Source of the DNA: Polymyxa betae A26-41
Taxonomy: Eukaryota > Protista > Endomyxa: Phytomyxea
DNA length: 64,000 nt
Direction of reading: 5' to 3'
Assembly (NCBI GenBank): GCA_003693705.1
Contig: RBZT01000754.1
Span: 9,170-73,169, forward strand
The position numbers and the translations under genes were made by a program. The notes under the pieces are model-generated. The model searched no databases. It was not told where the DNA came from and was given only the letters and a program-made list of their open reading frames with translations. This document shows, piece by piece, positions 22,450 through 32,985 of this stretch; positions within the stretch are counted from its first letter, which is position 1, and every line of letters begins with the position of its first letter.

Positions 22450-24680
22450 ATTCAACATTCTGAAGTTGCATGCAATGTGCTGTGTGACGCCGTTGAAGGA
22501 TCTCAGAGAAATGTGCATGGCAGTGTATGCTTCCATGGGCTCTTGCTTTATTGCTTATCAATCACTTGCGATATAGAGCAACCGTGATGAACCCTGTCAG
22601 ATACAAAACGTCAAGGAAATGACCATACAATCGTGATTGCAATGCGATGATCCAATCACGACAATGACCAATACTATGATAACAAGTAAAATGAAGACAT
22701 TGTTATCGACTATTTTGATCGTTTTGAATTGCTGAAACAGTGGATTGGGCAAAGCAACTATGATAATCCTACATCCATGAACTTTCGATCTGCCCAACAT
22801 CCCTGGTGGCCGGCAAATAACTTGACTTCCATGGCTTAGGCTTCGTGGCAAGCATTGACAAGGTTATCCAACGAAAAATTTCAGTGGCTTTTGAAGTTTT
22901 CGCAAACAGGTGGTTATCATAGTGAAAAGGCAAGCGGCCAGATTTTGCATTTCGAGCTGAAGACGTCCCAGACATATCCGAAATTGAAACAATCAACAAA
23001 ATGCTCCCACGAACGAAAACTTCTTCTCTGAAAGCTAAGCGCATAAATGAATCTGTCGATGCCTCTTTTAAAAGCAAAGTTGTATGTGAATCAGATGTCG
23101 AGGGATCATACAAACCACTCAGTCCAATTTAAAAAATTATCTATATCGACATTTTGTATTCACAAAAGCTAAAGTGGTATTAGGTTAAAATGATTCTCCC
23201 GTCAGAAGTGATTCGAAGGGAATGATCAAATAATCAAGTCACAAAGCATCTTGATTTGTCCCCGTCGACGATATCTCCAACTGATCGGCAAGTGCAGCGA
23301 CGAAATTTCAGAGATTCAGTTTATTATGCCGATCCTTTGGCAGTTACAGCCCCAAAGGTTGTCTTGAATTTGAACCGCTCACAACAAGATCTAAAAATCG
23401 GTGATGCTGTTCAGTACCACTGTGCTGCAATGGGGTGTGTTGTATCAATCGGGTGCCGAGATGACCATAACCCTATGCAGAATACTGTGGCGCTGCTTCT
23501 AGCCATGTTGGCTTCTGCACGAACACGTTCTGGTCAGAGGGATGCCGGCCAATTTTTGAAGAATCTCCTTTCTCATTGCTGCCTCTGAACCGAGTGTTGG
23601 TTGTTGTTCCAAATGATTCTCGAAGTTTCGAATCGGACATATGCAAATATGAGTAATTTTCTGTTCTGGAAATTGCACGTATCATCGATTATCTTTGGGA
23701 TTGTGCTGACCAATATCAAGACCATTACGCTTTGTTTCTTCAAACGTCAAATCTCAACAGTTCCGTGGAGCGTATCAATATGATTCCTTTCATTCATGGC
23801 TATAGACAGCATTACGCTTTTCCCGAGAATTTCAGTCGCTCCTCAGTACGGATGATAATGCTTTACGTCGATGGTTTTTGTACTTGGGTTGCAAGATCTG
23901 GTAATGTTACTGCTATTTAAACGTCGTTACCTCAGCTGGATTTGTACCACTTGAACAAAACATCAAACGTTCATTTGATATCATTAGTTCCGAAGGGGTC
24001 GATAAAGCTGCAATACTAAACATGATCTCCAACGACATAAACGAAATGGTTCGTAATGGCCTTCAAGATGTTTGGATTGCAAGCGGCCCAAATCTTTCAG
24101 ACCGGAATCGACAAAACAAGAATATATTGCTAGCTTTCTTGAAAGGAGGTACCCCACAAAGAGCTTCGTATACTTATACAGTAGGAGCTTCTGGAAATCT
24201 TCCCTGCCATTCGTGTGAAGCAGACAAGGGAAGCGTAGCTGATCCGCAAGAAATTGTGTTGAAACGACGTTACAAAGCCCAATTTGAACATAACCAAGGC
24301 GAATGTCGGGATATTGTTTTGCCAAAGATCACAGCGAATTGCGAAAAGTTACTGGTTACGTGAAATCAAGCCAGCCTGTATTTTGCATTTGGATAGATAT
24401 TTCAAATCTTGGCTGATTTTGTTATAGAATCTTCTTCTCCAAATTGACCACTTTAACCTTTTGGAATGCTATCCAGTGGATCCATCACACACTATCTGGT
24501 ACGGCTTAGTGATCAATGTGCTAGAACTGTTTCGAAATCGCGTCCTCAGCCCAGAACAGCGTTTCATGGTGGATCGACGATTGTTACACTACACTTGGCC
24601 TGCAGAATGTCAGCGTATAACGTTCAACGTCGGAAGCAGCCGATACAAAAGGTGATCGATGGCTCAGTATACACCGCAAC
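22450..24680 (+). pseudogene. CMC/CACTA(EnSpm)-related transposase
   Basis: LYVDGF...SGNVTAI...N...NVHLISLVP; FLKG(D>G)TPQ...GNLPCHSC; PVDPSHTIWYGL. This ordered motif series is typical of fungal CMC-like transposases. Confidence 0.65.
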
Positions 24681-25139
24681 TCCGAAAACCGGGTTTCCGA
24701 TGCGTTCTTACGCGATTCTCTTCGAATCCAGGCGTTAATCTGCGAAATGGAAATTATCATGCAAGTTTTCTGCGTTTTGTCAGAAGTGCGCATCGGAGCC
24801 CAGGACTGGCTGTTAGACAGACCTCAAATTTCTGCAAAACCTCTCTCAGCCACCTGCGATGTGACGTTTTTGCAAGAGTGCAAAAATCAGCAATCTGAAA
24901 GAGTCCAATAATTTGCGAAGTTCTGCAGATTTAATTTACCTACTGATAGGATGGCGTTCGAGTGTAATCATAAAATTGATTTTAATTTGTATTAATTCCA
25001 TACCCAACAGAATTGCTCGAATTATCACTATTCCGGTAAGGAATCGATTGGCTGATGTCGTTTGCGTCGCCTTGCTCTTGACGCGCGCCGACCCATCTTC
25101 CTGCTCCACTTGATAGCACACAGCGCCGACGGCCTACGA

Positions 25140-26607
25140 TGCTCCCTTGTTGGATCCAGATCATCAAACCAAATCTTGTTTATTTACTTTGCTTATACTT
25201 CGTTAGTTGCTTTCATATATAGGAAGAGGATGAGGGACAAGATGTGTCACGAGTTGGATCCCGACACTGGGGCTGTCTTCATCATATCAGGTTCCAAACT
25301 GGCTCCCTTCTTGGAGGCAGTTCTGATATTTTCATTCCATTTCTTGATTCTTTATTTTACTTGTGATTTGCTGATTGTTGTAATGTATAGGAAGGTTATT
25401 ATTATGCAGATATGTCGAGAGTTGGATCCCGATATCAGGCTTATCAGCCCCAACTTCTCTCTATCAAATACCATGCCAGCTCATTTCGTGAAGTCAGTTT
25501 TTATTCTAGCTTTCTAATTAGTTTTATTTCATCTTACTTATTTTGTTAGTTGCTTTCCTGTGTAGGACGACTATGCTGGACCAAAGCCATCACGAGATTC
25601 ATCCCGAGATCGTCGCCGTCTTTATCACATCAGGTACCATACTGGCTCCCTTGTTGGAGCCAGTTCTGATTTTATCATTCTCTTTCCTCTTTACTTACTT
25701 TGCTTGTGTTTTGCTGATTGCTGTAATGTATAGGAAGGCTATGCTTAACCATATTTGTCGCAAGTTGGATCACGATAACGGCGCCAACTTCTCTCGATCA
25801 GGTTCCATACAAGCTCATTTTGTGAAGCCAGTTTTTATTTTAACTTTCTAAATATTTCTATTTCATCTTTCTTGTACTCTGTTGATAGTTTTGATGTATA
25901 GTAAAGCTAAAATGGACCACATCCATCGCGAGATGGGTCCCGACTGTGTCGCTGACTGTTATATATCAGGTTCGATACCAGCTCGTTTCGTGAAGTCAGT
26001 TTTTTGTTCTAGATTTTTGATTGTTTTTATTCCATCTTTCTTGTATTCAGCTGATCGCATTCATGTACAGGAATGCTATGGTGGACCAAATCCATCGCCA
26101 TATGGATCCCGAGATCGGCACTGCCTTCCCTATATCAGGTACGATACCAGCTCGTTTCGGGAAGTCTGTTTTTATTCTAGCTTTCTAGTTTTTTTATTTC
26201 ATCTTTCTTATATTCTTCTGATCGTTTTCGTGTATAGGAGTGTTACGCTGACCAAATCCATCGCGAGATGCATCACGATATCGGCGCTGCCTTCACTATA
26301 TCAGGTTTGTTACCAGCTCGTTTCGTGAAGTCAGTTTTAAATCTAGCTTTCTAGTTGTTTTTGTTTCATCTTCCTTATATTCTGTTGATCGTTTTCGTGT
26401 ATAGGAGTGCTATGTTGACCAAATCCATCGCGATATGGATCCCGAGATCGGTGCTGCCTTCACAATATCATACCATACCAGCTCCTTTAGTGAAGTCAGC
26501 TTATATTCTAGCTTTCTAATTACTTTTATTTCATCTTTCTTTTATTTTTTTGGTCATTTTCCTGTGTAGGAAGATTTTGCTGGACCAAAGCCATCACGAG
26601 ATTCATT
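25140..26607 (+). repeat. Tandem array of ~9 diverged ~168-bp units
   Basis: Unit anchor (TGTAT)AGG at 25221, 25389, 25564, 25732, 25900, 26069, 26236, 26403 and 26568. A/B subtypes alternate in the first units. Confidence 0.93.
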
Positions 26608-28160
26608 CGTGGAGGCAATGTCAAACCCGCTTGGCAATCCTGGTAATCTTGGAAAAGCTGCTCACAATCAGTTCGCAGACGTTCAACAAAATCCTGAAGA
26701 TTTGGATGAGAATGTGTAAATAACCCATTAAAATGCCCATGGTAGGATTCCAAGGCATTGTTGGTCCGGTTCGCAATCTCGTTGGCATTGATGTGAGAAT
26801 GAATATTCCATTCGTGGGGTGGAAACTGCCTGATCCACGTTGCGCGAAAGTATTGAAAGAAAGACTCGAGCTTGGCGACTTCGCTGTCTTCAGTTAGCCG
26901 GATCTTATGGCGTACGTAGTCAAATCGTATGTTGGAATTTCGCTATGCGAAATCACTGTTAAAACGTCCAATACGCCAGGCCTCATCAGTCTTCTGATAG
27001 TATCATCAGGAATCTGTAGGCTGATAAGCTGCCTACGGTTGGCCTGTTTCCAGTCCCGATGATGAGCGCCTGATTTCCAAACACCCCTAAATACTGTATT
27101 ATTTGTTAAGTCTTCGGAATAGACCGCTTACCTTTGATTGCTCGCATCAAACCGTTCTCGAAATCGCCAGTGACCGTCGCGACTTTGATACAGCCGCCAT
27201 TGACAGCGACGCAAAGGTTGAGCGCAAACTGGTAAAGAAATTCAGATTTACCAGTATAAGGATATGGAATACTGGAATATACATATCACTGGCTGCATCC
27301 CTTGCCATGATCCCTAGCAACTGCTTGAATGGCTTTGGAGCAACCTTAAATGTTGCATCGATTAACAGGTGTACCCCCGGATAACGAAGAATTCGGCACA
27401 GGCCGGCGCGTGACCATCCTACGAGACGGTGCTGCACGGTTCCTGAAGAAGGATCGTAGATCGGCGTGTTAAAAGACAAGGAAGAAGTCATCCCATTTGT
27501 CGAAGGGCCAAATTAGGGACTTCAATATCTTGAAGCCTATCAGCTCTGCGCTCTCCATGACGCTGATTCTCAGCACGTGTGACTACTTCCGCTTTTGTCA
27601 TCATGTGCACCGGCGTTGCCTCGTATTTAGAACGGATAGCGTTTCTGATTTCAATCCAGATTGATGACGCAGTCATCGACCGTTGAGAAATTTCCAGATT
27701 GTCGGTTAAATCTTTCATCTAAGATTTAAACATCAAATCAATTGTTACATCTGATATCGCGTATCAAGATTGAGATTACTCACTTCTTCCGTGACGTCGA
27801 TAACTTGGACAGAATGTTCGGTTGTGCAATAACGACAAGAATGAGGCTGGGAGACGAATTCTTGATCGACATTCCGATCTGGGTGAATAAGGATTGCAGA
27901 AAGACATGAATTAGGATGTTTTTTGGTTTTACGCCACTGGCTGCATCTGTAATATTGCAGGCTATTACTATACGTTGAATGATAAACGTATTTGCATCCA
28001 TCAATGACAATGGGTGCATTTCGAACAGGAGATTGCATTTTTTAAAAATCAAGCTCAGCGTGCAAATCAAATCCAGCGCGATAACAGGGATTATACAGAG
28101 CACCACGCAAACTTTACGCATTTGTCGTTTTATTGATCATTGGTCGATTTATTGGTCGAT
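26608..28160 (-). mobile_element. MULE transposase copy 2 with upstream motif
   Basis: YYRCSQWR..C..HSC finger, LLIDATFKVAP, DFENGL, WKQANRR and RTNNALESYH. Intron at the same position as in copy 1 (~27085-27131). Confidence 0.88.
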
Positions 28161-28164
28161 TTAG

Positions 28165-29233
28165 AGTGCGTCGTATCTTGTGCTCCAACAGAGGATGATA
28201 TAGAGGGTCAGCTAAAAATGAATGCTAAACGAGGCTTTAATGGAATGCTATGCTCAATTGACTGCATGCATTGGCAGTGGAAAAACTGCCATGTCGCATT
28301 TGCAGGACAGTCAAAGAAAAAGAAAAAATGCCAACAGTCGTACCTGAGGCATGGACCGATAAAGAATTATGGATTTCGCATTGCAACTTTGGGTCGCCAA
28401 GCTCATTAAATGACATCAATATTCTCGATCAATCGCCAGTGTTTCAGAAAATTCTGCAAACCAACGGTCAAATTCAAAATAAACTGTAGCGTTTTCCAAT
28501 GCAAATGTGGAAAAAAACTCTCACCATTGATTATCCAAACATAGGAAAGGAATATGACATGGCTTACCTTTTCGCAGATGGAATTTATCCCGATTGGCCA
28601 GTTTTCATCAAATCAATGGAGAGACCACAAGGACTGAAGAATCTGCATTTCAGCAAATGTCAAGAGAAATGTCGGAAAAATGTCGAGCGGGCCTTCGATG
28701 TACTTCAGGCACGATGGCGAAGCATCGATACTCAATGCCGATTATGGTCCAGCGACTGCATGTCAACTGTGATGAAGGCTTGCATTATCTTACATAATAT
28801 GGTATATAGTTGAAGATCAGAGATATGATGTGATTCAGGATGGGCATGCTCACCTGTTTCAACCCGAAAATCAGCCAGGAGGAGTTCCCGTATGGACAGT
28901 GTCACGTCCACCAGCAGGGCGAAGTCCTGTGACTTGTGTCAATATATACGCAATATTCGACTAACCTCCGATCGGAGCTGGCAAAACTCCGTTAATCGGA
29001 AACTCGCCGAGTTCCGAGCTAACCTCCGATCTTAGAGATATATAGGGGCTTGTAATCCATCTAATATAATCATTCTGCATTCATCATTACAGCTGTAACA
29101 TCAATTTAGTAGACTTGCTACAGACTATTGCTAATGTTATTGCTGCTTCGAATCGCCTGCACTATAACCGCCGCTACAATTGCATCCGCGCCGATATCAT
29201 TGAACACTTGTGGATGCTCCATTTTGATGTTTG
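28165..29233 (+). pseudogene. Pong-type Harbinger transposase (Plant_tran-like)
   Basis: GMLCSIDCMHWQWKNC, FGSPSSLNDINILDQSP, YLFADGIYP, RKNVERAF.VLQARW, MKACIILHNM and DIIEHLW. Confidence 0.92.
28935..29122 (+). repeat. Solo Gypsy LTR with 4-bp direct flank GACT
   Basis: GACT|TGTGTCAAT...TTGCTACA|GACT. Homologous to 7507-7696. Confidence 0.88.
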
Positions 29234-29252
29234 ACAATTCTCTTTAATGTAC

Positions 29253-30128
29253 TCAGTTGGGCTGGTCAGTCGCAACCCCTTCACCTTGATCTTCGTATGC
29301 TGATGTAGGCTGCACCTTTGAGATGCCCATTTCGGCATTTAAACGAGCAAGGGCAGTCATCTTTCGCAGCTCAAGGTATTGGCGGGCGATATTGTCTGTA
29401 CGATTGGTTACCATGCTGATCAGATTGAGCTCAAACTCCTCCTGGACGACCTTGACTCTCTCCTTTAAGCTTGCAGCTAGCGCTTCTGCAGCTTGGACTT
29501 GGCGAGCTTGAAGCGATAGAGATATTTTTTCCATTTCGTCTTTTTCATTCCTATTGGACGCTTGGTTTCTGTCTCTTCACCGTTGTGATTGCTCTGACTG
29601 TTGTCAGCTTCGCCAACCTGAGCAGGATCGCGAGCTGCAGCTTCGATAGCAAATCGCGATCTTTTTGTTGCTGGTGTCGAGCGTTTGGATTGGTGGACCG
29701 CCAAGCACCCCATTTAACAGATTCACGCAGGATATACAAGTATGAAATGTATTTGAAAGCTGATTTATGCTGAGAACGAAATAAATCTAAAGCATCTCGT
29801 TTTGATCATCCTCGGTCGTCCCGCTCTGATCTAGAACTTTAACCTGTTCATAGCATCCGATGAACTTAGACACGTCATGGGATGTCTAAAAATGTGAAGA
29901 CAGACTAGAATAAACTCGTTCGCAAACAAACATCCCCTCACTTCTGAGATTGACGTCAAAAACCTCCTTTACTTTTCCGTAGAACATCTCGGACGTCTGA
30001 TTCGTCCCCACCGAGCTGTCGGAACTGACAGCAATCCAAGCAACGCAGAGAGCCTTATCTTCATCGGGCCCGTAGTTCAGGCTTTTCCTAGGTTTGCGAG
30101 CGATTATCAGAGCTTCAGCTGCGCTCAT
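29253..30128 (-). pseudogene. Pong partner (Myb-like + NAM-associated) gene
   Basis: NYGPDEDKALCVAW..VS.DS.VGTNQT...F; SGTTED; ILRESVKW; RPIGMKK. Confidence 0.85.
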
Positions 30129-30601
30129 AGCGACTGCTGGACAAGGGCAATATCTCAAATACAAAAACTATATTCCCAGCCAAATATGGCCGGGGATTTA
30201 ACTGCGGGGTCCGCCGCTATTCTGAAGAAACTAAATTTGTGGTCGCGGTGGAAGACGTTTTTTTTAATTGGAACATAAATATAGCTCTAGCACGGCGTTT
30301 TATGGTTGCGGTGGAGATGCTCTTAATTAACAGACATGCCTAATTAGCGTATCGGTCGATGATATGATCTTCCGCAAGGCTCAAGGATCGATTCCGTGTT
30401 CATGCTATAGTTCTTTCCTCTGAACTCAAGCAAACAAACCGATTAGCTCAGAACATGGTGTTCGGACACAATGTGAGATGCCCTAACCTCTTGATAGAAT
30501 ATATTTGCAATGCCAATTCGCCTTTCATTCATTAGAGACTGGTTCAAGTAGAAAAATTGCGGGAAAAAAATTGCGGGAATAAAAATTCCAGTGAAAAAGT
30601 A

Positions 30602-30665
30602 GCAGCCTCCGGAAATGGCGGCACCGCTATTTCGTGATAGCGGGGCCTCCATTTCCGGAGACTGC
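30602..30665. other. 29-bp-arm inverted repeat (hairpin)
   Basis: GCAGCCTCCGGAAATGGCGGCACCGCTAT-ttcgtg-ATAGCGGGGCCTCCATTTCCGGAGACTGC, 3 mismatches. Confidence 0.9.
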
Positions 30666-30720
30666 GCGCTGTTTCTCTGCTGCCGTCTTGGCGTCTCTGG
30701 GTAGGCAGTTTCGAGCGACC

Positions 30721-31130
30721 ATGTCGTCATCATCTGTTCCCGCTGAGCCGGCGCCCACCTGTGGGCAGCACTCCTGCTACCAAGCGCCGTGGGAGGAAGC
30801 CGAAATCCCAAACCGGGAGCAGTATCCGTTGGAATAACGAAATGATCGAAAGTTTAATGACAGCAAGATTCGAAACCTACGGTCGGTTCTTCAGAGAAGT
30901 TAAGAACAGCCATAAACTCTCCGAGGGGTGGTCAAAAGTCGCATACGAGGTTTGCAAAGTGACCAATCAAAATGTCAATGGCTACAAATGCCGTCAGCAA
31001 TTCGGCAGATTGCAGACAAAATGGCGAGACCACAAGCCTGATGGAAAAGAATCTGTTCGAACGGGTAACCAGGATCCCGGCAATATCGTAAAGCACGAAA
31101 CGTTTGCCACCATTCAGCCGTTTTTTCGAA
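30721..31130 (+). pseudogene. Myb/SANT (trihelix)-like DNA-binding gene fragment, likely a Harbinger partner
   Basis: KRRGRKPK; RWNNEMIESL..AR...GWSKVA...CRQQFGRLQTKW...TGN. Confidence 0.75.
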
Positions 31131-31329
31131 AAAGCCGGGCTGTGGCTCTTACGCGTCTAGCTAAATCCTCCGAATCGCCGAGCGCAAAAACTGTAACTGG
31201 TTTCTGAATTAGAAAGTGCGCTCATAGAAAGTTGGCGCACGATACTTTGGGGGTCCTTTTAACTTAAATTCGCTACCTAGCTTACTAATTATAGTATCCG
31301 TTCGATCGCTCAGACTTCGCTTGCTCATC

Positions 31330-32985
31330 ATGGTGACCTGTCCGATCGAGTCTTGCGCTAAGACCTTTGCCAAGCCTCACAATCTCAAACGGCACCTTGC
31401 AACGGTCCATGATGAGAACCAGCAGAACGCCAGCTGCAATCAATGCGGTAAAGCATTGAAGAACGAAGAGTCGTTAACCAGGCACAGGTTTCGGTGCCAG
31501 CCTCGCTCCATTGTTGAAAATGGTCGGCCAGCGTTTTCCTGCCCTTATTGTGAGGAGAAGAGTGGCAGTTTCCAGTTGTTTGAAGGACACATCCTACAGG
31601 CCTGAATAGCGCGTCTTTATAGCTTCAAATAATTTTATTTATATAAACAGCATCATCCCGAATCTCCTCTTGAAGAACAGACTCATCCGTTTTCCGACAT
31701 CAGCACTTTTAATGAATGGAAGGACTCTCTTGCTGATCGATTTCGTGCACAATATGCTATACTGAACTATCGTTCTTGCCAGGCCAGCGGCAAACTACCA
31801 GATGTTTGTCTGTCGTCGATCAGGCGAAGGCGTGAAAGAACCGGAACAATATGTGTTGGGCGACCTTGCCAATGTAAGCTGTCGACCATCCAGAAGCAAG
31901 TCGTCTTGCAAGCTGACTGAAGCTTGCGCTTCCCGAATCTATGCTACTACACTGCCTGATAGTCAGGTCGTAGTTAGATACATTCCACTCCATACAGGAC
32001 ATGATCCTGAAAGCGCTGAAGAGTTGAAGCACCTGCGACTTTCCGGTTTTATTAGACGGAAGATAACGCTGCAGTTATTGAATCAGGTTGATGCGCGATC
32101 TATAGTTCGCTCCATTAATCACACTCTGAGTGACCGGAATTGTCGCGAATATCATTTATTGGTAAATAAGCGCTCATCATCTTCAGCAATCATTGTAATC
32201 TCGCAGGATGCGAACCGTAACGAATGGGTTACTATAAAGGACGATAAAATCTAAAAGATCGCCTTCAAGGCCGAGGGAACGATGCTATTCGAACAGATGT
32301 TCTTATTATGGCATCGCAGTCGGAGCAATATGATCAGTTCTGTGCTATAAGCGTAAGTTTGGTTTGGCAATATGCCAATACTTATTGTCCACTGTTTCTA
32401 ATACGACAATCAGCTGCAGGAATTAGCGACGCGACAGATTTCGGGTTTCACAATAACGAGTTCTTTCTGGTTCTGCAGACCAAGTTCGTGAGTGACATAA
32501 TGTTGAGGTAATCAGGTTTAACTGCTTAAATCCGTTCAAAAATTTTAAAGTTTTGTTTAAAACATCATTTCATCTAACCCGTTAAATAAAAATAAACCTA
32601 CCAGATTCGGACAACGAGTGGTGGTAATTGATTCAACACACAACACGAATCAATACAAATGCAAACTAATCACAATATCTGTGGTGAATCCTCAAAATAA
32701 CAGAGGATATCCTGCAGTTTTCTGTATCAGCTCTCACGAAAACTCTAAAGCACTGTTTGCATTATGGAGAATCATAAAGGTACAGTCAAATGTAACAATC
32801 AGGGAGAAATACGCAGCAGAGCCCAAACCTTTGTCATTACAGGGACGTTATCCAGGATTTGCACCGCGAATCATGTTGCAGGATGATGATATCGTTCCAT
32901 GGAGACAAGCGACTGCCGTGTTTACATCTCTACAACATCGTTATTTATGTGTATGGCATGTTCATAAAAACTGGATGGACAATGT
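31330..32985 (+). pseudogene. C2H2-zinc-finger MULE transposase, multi-intron, 3' truncated
   Basis: CPIESC..F...NLKRHLATVH and two more CxxC fingers; FVCRRSG...C...HTGH; VIDSTHNTN...RGYPAVFCIS; LCVWHV. Short introns near 31600, 32162, 32508 and 32780. Confidence 0.85.

Larger units (their letters stand above)
28165..30322. mobile_element. Pong/Tourist-like PIF/Harbinger element, left end lost
   Basis: Right TIR reads GAGCATCTCCACCGCAACC on the minus strand, ends at 30322 and is followed by TTA. Convergent transposase and partner genes. Confidence 0.88.

Noticed and set aside
25140-26607. CRISPR array, or an intact repeat membrane protein (hydrophobic + strand ORFs)
   Set aside because: Whole units are homologous, with no unique spacers and no cas genes. 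The hydrophobicity follows from the T-rich strand, and most units have TAA/TAG at the same position in that frame.
31321-31605. Stand-alone host C2H2 transcription factor
   Set aside because: It splices into the downstream MULE transposase domains.
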